Shown: positions 1 through 13,800 of the stretch, piece after piece
Numbering within the stretch: the stretch's first letter is position 1
How the letters are laid out: each line of letters opens with the position of its first letter
Origin: Mizuhopecten yessoensis
Lineage: Eukaryota
Length of the DNA stretch: 64,000 nucleotides
Direction of reading: 5' to 3'
Assembly: GCF_002113885.1 (NCBI RefSeq)
Contig: NW_018408516.1
Coordinates: forward strand, 317,234 to 381,233
Made by a program: the position numbers and the translations under genes
Notes under the pieces: generated by a model
Databases searched by the model: none
Told to the model about the DNA's origin: nothing
The model's input: only the letters and a program-made list of their open reading frames with translations

Positions 1-249
1 TTGTAACTCATCCTGTACAATAGAAATAGAACTTCCAGATGCACTCAGAGTCGAGTCATCAGCATACATATCTGTACCTGATTTTAGCCCAAGAGGTAAA
101 TCATTGATAAAAATAAGAAACATCAGGGGACCTATTATGGAACCCTGTGGAACACCATGAGTAATTTGATTACTTTTAGAAATATGATTAGATACTGTAA
201 CTTTTTGAAACCGGTGAGAGAGATAAGATTGAAACCAGCTCAAAGATAC
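1..249 (-). mobile_element. LINE (CR1/L2-like) reverse transcriptase fragment running off the window edge
   Basis: Reverse-strand translation SLSWFQSYLSHRFQKV...ITHGVPQGSIIGPLMFLIFINDLP...DMYADDSTL contains the non-LTR RT motifs GVPQGS and YADD. Not in the ORF track because it is open at the edge. Confidence 0.9.
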
Positions 250-845
250 ATAATTATATATTATTATTATATAAGAACACAAAATAATCTCAATCACTCA
301 CTCATACACTTTAACACCACATTTGTATCTACAGGCATGGGTTTATTGGTATATTTATGTAGTTTATATTTGTTTGAAATGAATGTGCAGTTGGGCATTA
401 AATATGATAACAAAGTACACTAGTTCACAGGATACAAATATGTGGCATTTTGGTATTTCAAAATAAATTATTAGTTTTTCAATAATTAAATAAATTATAA
501 CTATTGATTTACATTACTCCATCATACCTTAAGTGTCATGACCACATAAAGTCCCTGGACATTTGTTGCCCTGTGATCAATCAACCTTGGTATATTATAT
601 GTAAATATATATATTCATTATCCACTATCAACAGAAATAATGAATTTATCTTACAGAATACAAAGAATACACCAACCACATACAGCTTGTATATTTATCT
701 ATTTAAACCGTCCTGTAGCATTAATGTATTTATGCACACACTCCATCAATTGATTGTTCTGTAAATCACTATTACTAGTGTTTCCATTTAGAATAGTACT
801 TAAAGGTATTGTATTATGGAAATCTTCATCATTTAATATAAGATC
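250..845 (-). mobile_element. 3' end (ORF2 C-terminus, 3' UTR and (TAA)n-like tail) of a second CR1-like LINE nested in the first
   Basis: ORF end ...LSTILNGNTSNSDLQNNQLMECVHKYINATGRFK* (699) resembles the C-terminus of the 10888 ORF (TLLNGC...NKNILESVSTFILNSKRFI). An AT/(TAA) tail at ~250-272 abuts the RT fragment. Confidence 0.6.
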
Positions 846-1150
846 NNNNNNNNNNNNNNNNNNNNNNNNNNNNNNNNNNNNNNNNNNNNNNNNNNNNNNN
901 NNNNNNNNNNNNNNNNNNNNNNNNNNNNNNNNNNNNNNNNNNNNNNNNNNNNNNNNNNNNNNNNNNNNNNNNNNNNNNNNNNNNNNNNNNNNNNNNNNNN
1001 NNNNNNNNNNNNNNNNNNNNNNNNNNNNNNNNNNNNNNNNNNNNNNNNNNNNNNNNNNNNNNNNNNNNNNNNNNNNNNNNNNNNNNNNNNNNNNNNNNNN
1101 NNNNNNNNNNNNNNNNNNNNNNNNNNNNNNNNNNNNNNNNNNNNNNNNNN
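846..1150. other. Assembly gap (N run)
   Basis: About 305 N. Confidence 1.
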
Positions 1151-1751
1151 GAACATCAGCAGGTTGTACGTAACTAAAACCAGACCTGAATGCACATGCA
1201 TATATGTGCACTTTCATGTACTACCTAGTTAACTTTGTATATAAACGCGACGTTGTACAGCTACTTTAAAGTAAACATAAATATACATATACGTATATAC
1301 AGTATGACTGCATTTTATAGATCTGCGTACTCAGACTACCATGTAGATAGTATTGGTCTTACATGCACTTATAAAGTAAACTACGACAACTGTTTACCTA
1401 TACAGCAGGTTTAATTTTACATTGATTTGTCACAAATGCTCTACTCACCTGACAGTAAATGTCAACTGATCATGACTATGTGCTATATGCATGTGTCCAA
1501 TTACAAGGCCATATATAGTTTAAAATCAATAATTTCAAAATCACTGTGTAATTATAGACATGTACAAATACTAAGCCAATGCAAGATATAATATTTTGGT
1601 TACGATTGATCATGAAACGTATACTTACATGTAATTAGTATATATAACTATTGCTTTACCATCACACTTGAAATACATTTAAAATGGTATTCCAAATATA
1701 TGAAAATAGCAGTAATTGTTTAATGTAAATTGGTACAGTCACTTAGAATAG

Positions 1752-2895
1752 TTAATCAGTATCCTCCTTGCCTTGTTGCAGGGATGTAAACCTGTTGGAT
1801 CGGGGCTTGCCTGTTGTTGACGGGGAATCTCTGGAGTTCATATTAGCACCCTGGTCTTTCCTTTGATTGCTACATGTAGCTGGGTTATGTACTCGGCTGG
1901 ATAATGTTCTGGGTCCAGTAGCAGATCTAGGGGTAGACTTTGAGGGTCTTTCGGGAGGGTCCGGGTAAGACGAGAGCTCAGAAGGCTTTGTGACCTGCAC
2001 TTTCTCACCGTTGAGACTCCTGATGACTATTCTACCATCCCTAGTCCAGGCTCCGGAGACAAGTTTCTGTTTTTTCATAAACCTAGCTTTGATAAACACC
2101 TGGGTCCTCTGTTTAGTTAGGGCCTCGTTGATGTAGCAGCGCGGTCCAGAGTTAGATGATGAATTGTGCTCAGAATCAGGGTTAGTGAAGAGACTGAAAC
2201 GGGCATCATATACAGCAGCACGAACTCTATATGATAGGAAACGCACTATGATGTCCCGCGGACATGAACTGGGGGTCCCACCCGATGCGAGCGGCCTATA
2301 TCCGCCAGGACTACTGCAACACCCAGACGGTTATTGCAAAATTCCAGTACTAACTGATCAGTATCTTCACCAGAAGATTCGTGAATACCTTTCACTTTGA
2401 TACATGTACGTCTCGAATATTGTTCAAGGTCATCTACCCTATCCTCCAGTGCTTCCATTTGTTGACCAGGTCATTGATACCCAGGGCCCCGAACAACGTA
2501 TCTTTTATTAAATCATTTTGTATAAGCTGGGATACAACTTCTTTGACAACATCAGGATCACTTAATCCTTGTAGTGTTTTCACGCTGTTCTTGACTTTGT
2601 TAGATAGCACCGGTACTTGTTTATTATCCATAATGAGACGTACGTATAGATCACAATGACAATGATAAAGTTCAATATGGCCGCCCGTACACTGTCCACT
2701 TCAAAGTAATAATAGTATAATAATAGTTTTTCAGGATAGATATGGACGTATGGACTGCCACCAGGTGATAAATCTTTACATACTGTATATAAAACACATC
2801 ACTTTAGCTCGTACCTTTTAAGGAAGAGTCCACAAAACTGGGATTGAGCTGGCTTTGTTTTTACGCGTCCATTCTCCATGACCACCGGAAGTTCT
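1752..2895 (-). mobile_element. LINE ORF1 (coiled coil/RRM/CTD, L1-ORF1-like type found in CR1/L2 elements), frameshifted, plus 5' UTR
   Basis: ORFs 2434-2631, 2246-2458 and 1752-2246 join into LEDRVDDLEQYSRRTCIKVKGI..E...EDTD...IGRSHRVG...FLSYRVR...YINEALTKQR...AWTRDGRI, typical ORF1 motifs. Homology with the duplicated unit starts abruptly at ~2899. Confidence 0.8.
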
Positions 2896-3551
2896 AGTTT
2901 ACAATCCTATATTCATATCCTCCGTCGCCAGTTTTTGGAAACTATATTTCATATTAAGATAACGAAGGCGTTCTGTCAGTTTGTATGAGGGATGGTAAAG
3001 AAAAGAACTTTAAAGTCAGATGTTCGAACATTTTTGGGGAGAGGATACTTAAATATGATCCAAAAAATAATAATGAAGTTTTGAATTATTCCTAATAAAG
3101 TTTTCATTAATTCCACTGCTGATGTATAGAGAATCACAATACGAATGTAACCGTGATTTAGTGGTTCACACCAGGCAGGTCAGTGTCACTTTAGTTATAT
3201 GGAAAGATTAAAATACAGAAGAATGATAAGCTTGTATTTTGTTCTTCTAAAATTAGAAAATGTTTAGGTAGGGTTACCTTGGTTATCATGCAAGCCATTT
3301 TGTAAGCAGTATAAGTAATAGTGTAATAGCGTTGTAGATAAGATTCAAATTATTTATTGTTTTTTTTTCTCTCTGCCGACACAAACACAAGCGTATCATT
3401 AATTTTGTTTCACAAACACAGTTTATAAGTTTTAATAAACCATTTTAGATTTTACCGTTACGAATTGAATTTAGGTTGACACCACAAGTGATTTTTGCAT
3501 GTTTAACAATAAATTGTAGGGCAATGATCCTCGCCTTTGTTTATTGTTCTG

Positions 3552-4078
3552 GAATCGATCACTACATTACCTGTGTCAATACATTAACACGGAAACAACA
3601 GAGCCGACCATTGTTAGGGAATCGATCACTACATTACCTGTGTCAATACATAAACACGTAAACACCAGAGCCGACCATTGTTAGGTAATCGATCACTACG
3701 TTACCTGTGTCAATACGTTAACACGTAAACAACACAGTCGACCATCGTTAGGTAATCGATCACTACATTACCTGTTGCAATACATTAACACGTAAACAAC
3801 AGAGCCGACCATTGATAGGTAATCGATCACTACATTACCTGTTGCAATACATTAACACGTAAACAACAGAGCCGACCATTGTTAGGAAATCGATCACTAC
3901 ATTACCTGTGTCAATTCATTAACACGTAAACAACAGAGCCGACCATTGTTAGGGAATCGATCACTACATTACCTGTGTCAATACATTAGCACGTAAACAA
4001 CACAGTCGACCATTGTTAGGGAATCGATCACTACATTACCTGTGTCAATACATAAACACGTAAACAACAGAGCCGACG
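3552..4078. repeat. 67-bp minisatellite, 8 copies
   Basis: Unit gaatcgatcactacattacctgtgtcaatacattaacacgtaaacaacagagccgaccattgttagg at 3552, 3619, 3686 ... 4021. Confidence 0.95.
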
Positions 4079-4728
4079 ATGTATTTTATCCAACCCTCCA
4101 TATTTGATCGATCGATTCGCTTGGTATATCATCAATTATATTGCCTGCTCTTAAACGTATTAGTATGACCTCTAAAACAATATTGGATTGAAAATACTGA
4201 AAATAGGTAATCTGTTCGCCGATACAAAAACATAATTTTCCATTAGGCTCTTCAAATCTACTGGACAATTTTCAAAGTAACGTTGTATATGTCCTAGTTC
4301 TCCATGCACTTTTGCGCTTCGTCTGTTTGTTTCGTTTTCTTTCTTTCCTCATTTAACCATCAACTCTTAAAACTTCATGCCAAATTAACAGGTTAATTTT
4401 AATAAGTAATTTATGCGTCCGTATACTGAATGCCAAATCCAGAATGATTAATTAAGTTCTTATCCAAAATGTCGCATGCAATTTTGTAATACATAGTGCC
4501 GAACCTTTAAGCCGTTAATGATGTCGTTCTACATAATGTCAAATCAAAAAGGTGTTTAATTTCAACGGAAACATAATTAAAATACACAAAACACCAAACA
4601 TTTTATTATCAAATTTTATTTGTGAAGGTATAAGTTGTAATCTCAGAAGAAGATAATGAAGAGGCACAATGCAGTATAATCTCATAGAAATATATCTATA
4701 TGTACATATACTTATCAAATATTTCAAT

Positions 4729-4945
4729 CTATATATCCACACATCCTGCTATTTCAGGGTCGAATAATCGCCCCTTGTTCCCCTGAGGACACAGACCCTG
4801 GTATACCACGCGCAGACAGCAAATTAAGGGGTCCTCTCTCTCCCGGCCCACACTTTAAGTCCGTCTGGTCGTCCGGAACAGCTGGGGTGACGGACGCCAC
4901 ACGACACACAGTTAGGACCTTCACACTGGTTAGCCCTGTAATCAC
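4729..4945 (-). pseudogene. Orphan, decayed terminal exon (exon 3) of a chitin-binding gene
   Basis: Homologous to 28765-28991. It has a 10-bp deletion, a Tyr-to-TAA change, an acceptor AG mutated to GG, and no exons 1-2 upstream. Confidence 0.9.
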
Positions 4946-5274
4946 CCGGTAAAACACAACAAATATAAGTAGTGGTCGTAGTGAGATGACAATACGTTGA
5001 CATTGATATTGAATACTCGGATATATACTACTTAAGTAAAATTCTATCTGCCATTTAGTTTAGAGTTATCGCTCTTATTATTTTTGTTTTTAATAATTGA
5101 TAACCTGGCATTTACACAAAGCATATCAGTAGTATTTGAAGGGAGATGACATGCTAAGGTTTGTGAATAGTTTCTACCACAGTTTTAGTTGTCATTATAT
5201 CATAAAATTAAGAATTTGTTCCATTTTCGGAAAAGAGACGGCTTTATATGTCTGCTAAAAAGCCACTGCGATAG

Positions 5275-6220
5275 TTAAACTTCTGTCCTTTATTCTGGCA
5301 CTCTTGTTCCATGAAGAAAGTCAGAAAGTTACAAAATTTTATAAAATGATACAGAATGATCACAACTCATCGTTAAGGCACTTACTTAGTATGACAAACA
5401 GCGATAGTCTACATGTAGGTCGTCTAAAGGATATGGGTTGTAAGGTTTTTAAAATTATAAACAAAAAGGTCTACTGAGTATTTGCACAATATTGCAAAGA
5501 TTAAGATGTCTAGTCACGACTTCTGGGAAGAAAATACTACAGAGGTGCCGAGGGTCAACACTGTGAAGTATGGACACAAATCGTTTGCTTTTGAGGCCGC
5601 TCGGGTGTGGAACAGTCTCCCTAATGACTTCCGAACAGTTGATATCCTCATAGAATTCAAGAGGCTGGTCCATTGCTGGGATGAGCCACACCTGCCTTTG
5701 CAATATCTATAAAGAGTGATACCTTATATTGTGCCCTGTGTACCTCTGCTACCCGACATTTTGAATTGTGTATACATGTACTATTGTTGTTTTATTTCGT
5801 TTCGTAAATTAAACTATTCTATATTTTTGCAGCGTCGTATTCCTATTTTAATTCCATACATTTTTAAAATATATTTTTTACATAACTTGACAAACTTCGT
5901 TAATTGATTTCGGTATCATTTGTTAATTTCACACTATATTAGTGTATATTCTATCAATTTTGCCTCTTTGCTATATTATCATTGTATGTATCTTGATAGT
6001 GCTTTGATCCTAAATAATTCTTTTCGAGTGATATACAATTATTCACATTAACTATGTCTTTAATTAACTTATTCTGAATACTACTACAAAAGTGTCATGT
6101 CCAAGGGGCCTTTGTAGGAAGGGGATACCCAATCCCTTAGAAACCTCGGATATGATACTTTTTTCTGTGACAATTATTATTGTTTTTATTAATATTTACA
6201 CTCCTTTGATAATAATAAAT
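5275..6220 (+). mobile_element. 5'-truncated LINE (L2/CR1-like) 3' fragment with 3' UTR
   Basis: NFCPLFWHSC...EVPRVNTVKYGHKSFAFEAARVWNSLPNDFR. Same family as 63470-63900. The 3' boundary is approximate. Confidence 0.8.
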
Positions 6221-6429
6221 ATGTGATTAAGTCCCTTTCCTTGTGATACAACGTATTATTGTTATTTTACATATGTTTGTTGCATTATAATAATAGCTTT
6301 CAAGAGCTAATCTTCTTTGTTTACATATATGCAACTTTAAATAAAGTTTCTTGTATCTTATATCTTGTGCAAAGGAAATTTTTAAATTTGAAGAATTCAA
6401 AAGATCTCTTTGATTAGACTCGAAAATGT

Positions 6430-6790
6430 TTATTTTATCAGTTCGCTTGTCCATTTACACAATCATACCTCATACTAAACTGAAGAAGCGTCTTCGTTCT
6501 TTTATCGTGAAAACACAGCAAAGGCCAAAATGAAATGAACTTTGGATGAAATGGTTAGAATGATTGAGTTCCTGGTTGACAATATCTTTGTTGAGTTCCG
6601 GTTAACAAACGTTGTCCCTCCTCTGGCCGATTTGTTTTTGTTTTCATATGGAACTGAATTTATTGATGAGCTTATCAGGGCTTATAACAAAAACCTAGTC
6701 AATGTTTGGACTTTCCATTCCGATATAGAAGAACAAGAAATGAATGACCACGTCGATCGTTTATATCCTCCTGCGTACGAAATCAAGGAC
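6430..6790 (+). mobile_element. Degenerate Penelope-like RT remnant
   Basis: YTIIPHTKLKKRL...EMVRMIEFLVDNIFVEF...TNVVPPLADLFLFSYGTEFI resembles PLE RT motifs (LYT.IPH; FL.DNIFV; GTNCAPLLADLFLYSYE). Confidence 0.65.
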
Positions 6791-7589
6791 TACATGGTAC
6801 AGGCTTTTCACCGTCAGTCGCATGCCCCTATGTTGCTTACAACAATACAAACGGATGGTTTAATGTTCATTGTAGGATAAAGATAATCTTGAAACCTGAG
6901 AAGAAATATTCATTAATGTCTTGCAAAATATTTGGTAATAAGTGTACAATGACGATTTCCTAGATAATGAATCAAGCTGTTAATAATTATTATGAGTCAA
7001 TATTTTCGATATATATTAATGATCTAAAAATAAAAATACTAATAATAAAAATAGTTTAGAAGCTCGAATATTTACACAACATAACACTAATTTCAATAAC
7101 ATAGTGTAAAAAAGATGCCTCTACATATTTACAATTATGTGAAGTACCCAATCCACGACGCCGCGCATAGAATGACCTAATTAACACAAGGTTATAGTCG
7201 ATTTCCTGATTTCTGTAACATTGTAATTATATGTACTTTTATCGTTTAACACTAGTTTGACGTCATAATCACTAGAAGTGTGACGCAATTATCTAATGAG
7301 TGAGGAGATACTGATATAGCAGGGACATGTTAACGCAACTGTACCGATAACACTGTACGGATAGATTGTTAACGTTATTTTAATGACATCCAAATAATCT
7401 AATAACCACGGTTTTAGTCTAGTATACTTATAAGTCATGTTTCCCTAAGTAATACCGATACTTTTAATATATTTCTTTGCAGTGTTTCCTTAGCTAAACT
7501 ACCATTGGAACTGGGTCTGTGTTACATAAGCGTTTATCACATGATGGACTGTGTTATTTAGTGAATATACCCATGTCATATTTGTTTGC

Positions 7590-7922
7590 GTATTAACCCA
7601 TGTTATAAGAACTATCAGCCGTGTGATTGGTTGAAAGTTTCAATTGTTACAGTTGTGACGTCACGCCTAGGACAAGTTCAAAACGTCACATACTTACGCA
7701 CTGGAGTCAAAATGGCGGATTTGTACATTTCATAGTTGCATTAAAATTGTCGTTTTACACGAATAAATGTCACAAATCTTGATTATGTGATAAAAATGAT
7801 CGTTTTCATTTCATACGAAATTTATGAAACTCGTCACAAATTTTAAAAGTAGCCGAAAAATTCCACGACTCATTTAATAAATCTCATATGAAATGGAAAC
7901 ACATGTAAGATCCTGTATTTAT
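7590..7922. mobile_element. Possible end of a non-autonomous DNA element with an internal inverted repeat (also 21525-21848)
   Basis: Imperfect inverted repeat tttcatttcatacgaaatttatgaaactcgt (~7803-7834) / acgactcatttaataaatctcatatgaaatggaaa (~7865-7899). Family assignment is not supported. Confidence 0.35.
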
Positions 7923-8165
7923 GTTCAGTATGAAGCTATTTTCTATTGCTTTTTGTTTTTCTCAAAACTACCATTTTAATTGTATTTTGCTAGAGCGTGC
8001 TTATTTGTCTATGAATATAAAATAGAAACAAACAGATAAAGACATAAAGAAAGGGGTTAATATCTGGTTTCAGAAAGCTGACCATTCGCCAAAATCTGTA
8101 TTGTAAGGGGTAGGTACATAGTGAGTTCGAAGTCTCGCCTTCTATCACTTAGTCATATACCAGTC

Positions 8166-9607
8166 ATGTCATCGAAAATACCTGTCATCCCGGGGTTGTC
8201 CATCGGTGTAGAGTGGAAAGAAGACCCGACAGATTGTTCCGTGTTCTATCTATGTTACAATGGACGGCGAACTAAATACTCATGTCCCGGAACCATGGTT
8301 ACAGACCCAATCAGCAGGGCTTGTGTGCCGAAAGGGTCTAAGCTAGACAAATGTGAGTAAATCTTTCTGTTGATATTTTTGCTTGAGATACATCAACAGT
8401 TAACATCATTTCATCAAGTCCCAACAAAATAATTTTATATTGTGAAACGTTTATAGTCAGTAAGTCTTTGGCCAGTTTTTCTGTGAATTAAAGTTTTGTT
8501 ATATTCTTGTTTTACTACAAAATTTCAAATGAATAAAACAATAGGGGCACATATATGTTTAATAATATATTTATCATAGATATTTCATATAATTTCAGGC
8601 TCGGAAAAGAACACGCCAAGTATCCCATGTAACGCGGCCTTGAAGGAGTCCTGCGCCAAATACACGAACTGCCCAGTTCCGAGGGAGATAGGGATGCCCA
8701 TCATACCGGAAGTACAGGAGTGTCCCTACCCTCTACTGTACGACGAGGACAGTAAGGGCTGTGCTTACCCAGACACAGTCAAATGTGGGGACAGGATCGA
8801 ACCCAAGGACCCATGTAAGTATACATTAATATCATACAATCTGGTTATCTGGTTGTGTAGTATTTGTCATTACACTGATTGTGACGTCACAAACATCTAT
8901 GCTAACAAAACTATAACGCCGTGAATTCACGAAGGAAAATACAAATCACTTTTGTATGATGTTTTTCATTCTTATTTTTGTAACAAAATGTATTATCTTA
9001 AATAGGTAATCATTAATGAAATTCATTTTGATCAGAATCGTCAATGATACATGTGCTTAGCCCAAACTATCTTAAATCTATATACACAGTAGATAGCCTG
9101 ATTTTTATTTTATTTTATGAAAAAGTAATACACTTATTTTATAAATCCTGATTCTAACTGAATGATTCCATAAAACTCAAGCATTCATAATTATATTTTT
9201 AAGTTAATACGACTTAACGCTTATTATTAAACACAATGCTAATCGGAGTGATAATTCTAAACTAAAAAGCAGATATAATTTTACTTAATTAGTATATATC
9301 CGAGTATTCAATATCAATGTCAACGTATTGTCATCTCGCTCCGACCACTACTTATATTTATTGTGTTTTACCAGGTGATTACAGGGCTAATCAGTGTGAA
9401 GGTCCTAACTGTGTGCCGTGTAGCGTCCGTCACCCCAGCTGTTCCGGACGACCAGACGGACTTAACGTGTGGGCCGGGAGAGAGAAGACCCCTTACTTTG
9501 TTGTCTGTCGAGGCGAGCGCGTGGTGCACCAGGGTCTGTGTCCTCAGGGGGACAAGGGGCGGATGTTCGACCCTGAAATATCAGGCTGTGTCGATATCGA
9601 TGTATGA
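8166..9607 (+). pseudogene. Chitin-binding (3x ChtBD2) gene copy lacking the TATA box, ATG and signal peptide; exons 8166(8201)-8352, 8599-8814, 9375-9607
   Basis: Two deletions relative to unit 2 (removing ~22208-22459 and ~22486-22786). The remaining exons are open with GT-AG sites, and an in-frame ATG lies at 8166. Confidence 0.8.
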
Positions 9608-10109
9608 AATGAAATATATAATAAATGAATGTAAATTTGCTTTATTCTTCTGAGATTACATGTGATATTTTTCCCGATATATATATTTTATAATAAAAGT
9701 TACTGATATTCTTTTCGTGTTTTGGATTATTTTCTTGTCAAGAAAATGAAATGGGTTTACGACAGTTGTGTCCTGCTGAGACACAAACAGGGTGTAAAGG
9801 GGAGATGGTCCATACCCCGGTTACTGGGCAGGAGAACATGTATAACGAGAACACAAACTGTGCGATGATGATACAGCATTAGGCCAGAGCCTGTTGCATT
9901 CTTCGTTAATACCCACAGAGTACTTCCCCATTACGAGTTCAAGGTTTGTCTCCCGAAACAACATCAGAATAAGTGTAAGTGGACTGTTAATTTGTTTACG
10001 GTTACACCTAGTCTGACAATACCACTTTACATTGGACGGGTGGACATATCGGAGGTGTACATTTTATTACCATAGGTAGTAGGCCGTTAGTAAAACCGAA
10101 AGTAAGTTT

Positions 10110-10241
10110 GGACACTTTTGTACAAATGGGAGTGAAATAAAGTGATTAATTGATTTTATGTTGTAATTGTATTTCATTATGATACCCGTGCAGCTTACAC
10201 AACATAGATTCCCTGACAATAATGATTGTTTCCTAGTAGAT
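10110..10241 (+). repeat. Left copy of a ~130-bp direct repeat flanking the LINE
   Basis: ttttgtacaaatgggagtgaaataa...tttcctagtagat is repeated at ~14621-14752 and is single-copy at the empty site ~24720-24851. Confidence 0.9.
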
Positions 10242-10887
10242 CATTTTTTTCATTTGAACAAATTTTATTAATGATGTTGTATGAATTGGATCGAACAACA
10301 GGCTATGCCTATATCAGTTCTCTCCTACATGCATTTGTATAAATCAGCATATAAATATATTGTAATTTATCAGTGAAATGAAAAATTGAAAAGAGACACA
10401 ACTTATATACAAAACAGATATCAATGTGCAAGTCATATGGTATCGGGGAGATAACTCTAACTGCTTATGAAAGGTCACAAGTCAAGCTGTGCTACTTCTT
10501 GACCTCACCAGAGTATTGAGTGGGTTTTTGACATATTCCTTGACTAGATTCTCCCTGGGAGTTCAAAATCCACACAGAGTGACTCATAGATACATGTAGT
10601 TGAAGATTAGGCTTATATAATTAAATATCGTGAATAATCTATGTCAATATTGTATGGTATATCAATATTCACATTATAATACATTGAAAATATAATTATA
10701 CAACTACTTGTTATTAATTACAAAACACAAGTCCATGTTGGTTTAAGGGGTGAGTATATCATATTCACACTGTGTTTATAGAAAGCGATTAATGATATTT
10801 ATAACCATAAGCATGTTTGCTGTTCTTGTTTACAATATTAGATTATTTATAGTACATTATAATATGAGTTGATATAGATAATTCTAG

Positions 10888-13800
10888 TTATATAAATCTT
10901 TTTGAGTTCAAGATAAAGGTTGAGACACTCTCTAGGATATTTTTATTTGTTTCATTGTCACAATGGTTACAACCATTGAGTAAAGTATAGTGCGAGTGAT
11001 TATCATTGAGTAGAGTAGCAGAGAGTACTTGTCTGTGATTGTTGTATCTGGCACAGTCAAAGAAGTAATGATAACTTGTTTCCTGTATATAACCACACAC
11101 ACATGAAGCAGATTCTAATAGATGGTCATTAAAGAGATCAAAGTTTAAGTTGCTAGCATTATTTCTAATTTGACATAGTATACTATTGATTTTTCTATCA
11201 CCGGAATTTTTTACCACTGTCTGAGTATCATTATTAGGTATACTATTAGTTATGTTAATTAGTTTCTTAAAGTGGGGAAGAGATTGAGCATTTAAAATAT
11301 CTGGGTCTAACTGATTGTAAAGTCGAAAGGTTGAGGGAAAGAAACTATTAAAGTAGCTGTCAGTTCTGCATACAGGGGGGTTAAAAACTCTATTTAGTCT
11401 AAGCTGATATCTCACATTTGTTAAATCATTTAAAAAAGGATCAACTATATCATTAAGGTACTTTGGTGATATATTGTGCAATATTTTATACATTACAATT
11501 AATTTATTTTTTTCCCTCCTATCTGCTAAGGTTTCCCATCCCAATTCTTTGTACAATTTATGGTGTGATGTACCTCTACGAAGCCCTGTCACTACTCTAG
11601 CAGCATCTAGTTGGACTGATTCTAATAATAATTTTGATTGTTCAGTGCAATTATCCCAAACTACATTAGCATATTCTAAAATTGGTCTAATATAAGATAT
11701 ATACATAGTGTTAAGTGTACTTCTATCAAGTGAGGTTTTAAGACTTCTTAATATATTAATTCTTTTATATGCTGTATCATAAATATTTTGGATATGTTGA
11801 CCCCATTTACCATCTTCATTAAAAGTAAGACCTAAATGTTTATGGTTAGTACTGTCGGATAGTGGTTGATTAGAGAAGAAGATTGGAGGGTGATTAGTTT
11901 CTTTTTTCCGTGTGAAGATCATAGTTTTAGTTTTGGATGCATTAAATTTTATATCCCAAGATTTAGCCCAAGAACATATATTCTGCAAGTCATTAGTGAG
12001 ATTTTGTGCTGCTTGAATGGGATTATCATCAACAATAATATAGAGGGAGGTATCATCTGCAAAAAGTTTAATGTTACTAGTAACTATATTAGTGATGTCA
12101 TTTATATAGAGAAGGAAGAGAAATGGACCAAGGACAGATCCCTGAGGCACTCCTGCACTGATACATTTAAAAGTTGACTGGTGTCCTTCTGTAATAACCC
12201 TTTGTTTTCTCTCGGACAAGTAGTTCTTAAACCATGCCAGTAATTTTCCTTTAATTCCATAAGTTTCTAATTTATATATTAAACCGTCATGCCAAACCCT
12301 ATCAAAGGCTTTACTTACATCACAGAAGACAAATCTTACCTCTTTACCTTTATCTAAATTATTTATAATAGTGTGATATATAGATAATAATTGATTCACA
12401 GTTGAGTCACCAGGCAGGAAGCCTGACTGGTGCTCAGAAATAGTTTCAGCTGCTACAAGATAGTTATACAGGTACTTAAAGATGATTTTTTCAATAATTT
12501 TACTAAAGCAAGATGTAATTGAGATTGGCCTATAATTACTGGCATCATTTTGGGACCCCTTTCCCTTATATATAGCATTAACATTAGCAAGTTTCCATGA
12601 AGCAGGGATATGTCCAAGTTCTATCGTTTTGTTAAATAGTAATGTTAGTGGATATGATATTGAGGGTGTTAGTTTTTTAATTACTTTGGGTATAATTCCA
12701 TCAGGCCCTGCTGGTTTATTATCATTTAGTAGTTCAAGTTGGTCGATTACGTCTTGTTCAGATATGTCAATACTTTCTAATTGAAAGGGATAGTTATTTA
12801 CAATAGGTGGCAGTGGGTCAAGATTAGGAGAGGATGTTGCTATTGAGGTAAAGTAATCATTTAGTGTATTAGCTTTATCTATAGGATGTTGAAGAGATAT
12901 ACCGTTATGATCAAGAGGAGGAATGCTAGTTGATTTATTATTAAAATTAGATATAGACTTAGCTATTTTCCACCATTTAGATGGGGGTAAGGATTTATCA
13001 CTCAGAGATCTCTGTAGTTTTTCAAGATAATCCTTTTTCGTTTTCCTTATGATTTCAATAGTTTCGTTTCTAATATTTCTATATTTATTCCAGTGGTAAT
13101 GACTATTAGTTGATTTTGCTTTTCTATGGATCCTATTTTTTTGTCTTAGTTTTAATCTGATTTCATTATTTACCCATGGTTTATCATCTGGACGTATAGT
13201 AATTATTTTTGAAGGAATATAGTTATTTATTTGTTGATTAATATTGTTGGTAAGTATTTGGTTAAATTCTTCTGAGGTACTATTTTGCGCATGTGTCATC
13301 CAGTCAATATCTCTCAGTGATCTGTTCATTTGGTCAAAATCTGCATTATCATACAGTAATATAGTCTTTTTATAACACCTATGTTTATAGACAGAGTAGG
13401 AGACTGTAATATGTATAGGAGAGTGATCACTACAGAACTGAGGGCTTGTACATGCATTTTGAATGATTCTAGTATTATTAGTAAAGACAATATCTATAGA
13501 GGTTGAACTATTAGGAGTGATTCTTGTCGGTTCATTTATTAGACTGTTCAGATTATATTTAGTAAGAATTCTGCTGAGATGTGAGTTAGGATGTAGATTT
13601 AACATGTCAATATTTATGTCACCTGTTAAAATTATGTCTAATGAGGTATCAACAGCTTTATCCAATAAAATATCAAGTTGTGTCCAGTATTCTACATTAG
13701 ATTCCGGTCTATATATACACCCTAATAAAAATCTGCGATTACCAGTATGCACTTCTATCCAAATAAGTTCGATATCATCATGCTCCAGATCTAATCTTCT

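Noticed and set aside
699-1217. ORFs spanning the N run
   Set aside because: Artefacts of translating the gap. Only the 699-845 part is informative.
3552-4078. CRISPR-like repeat
   Set aside because: Head-to-tail 67-bp tandem repeat without spacers.
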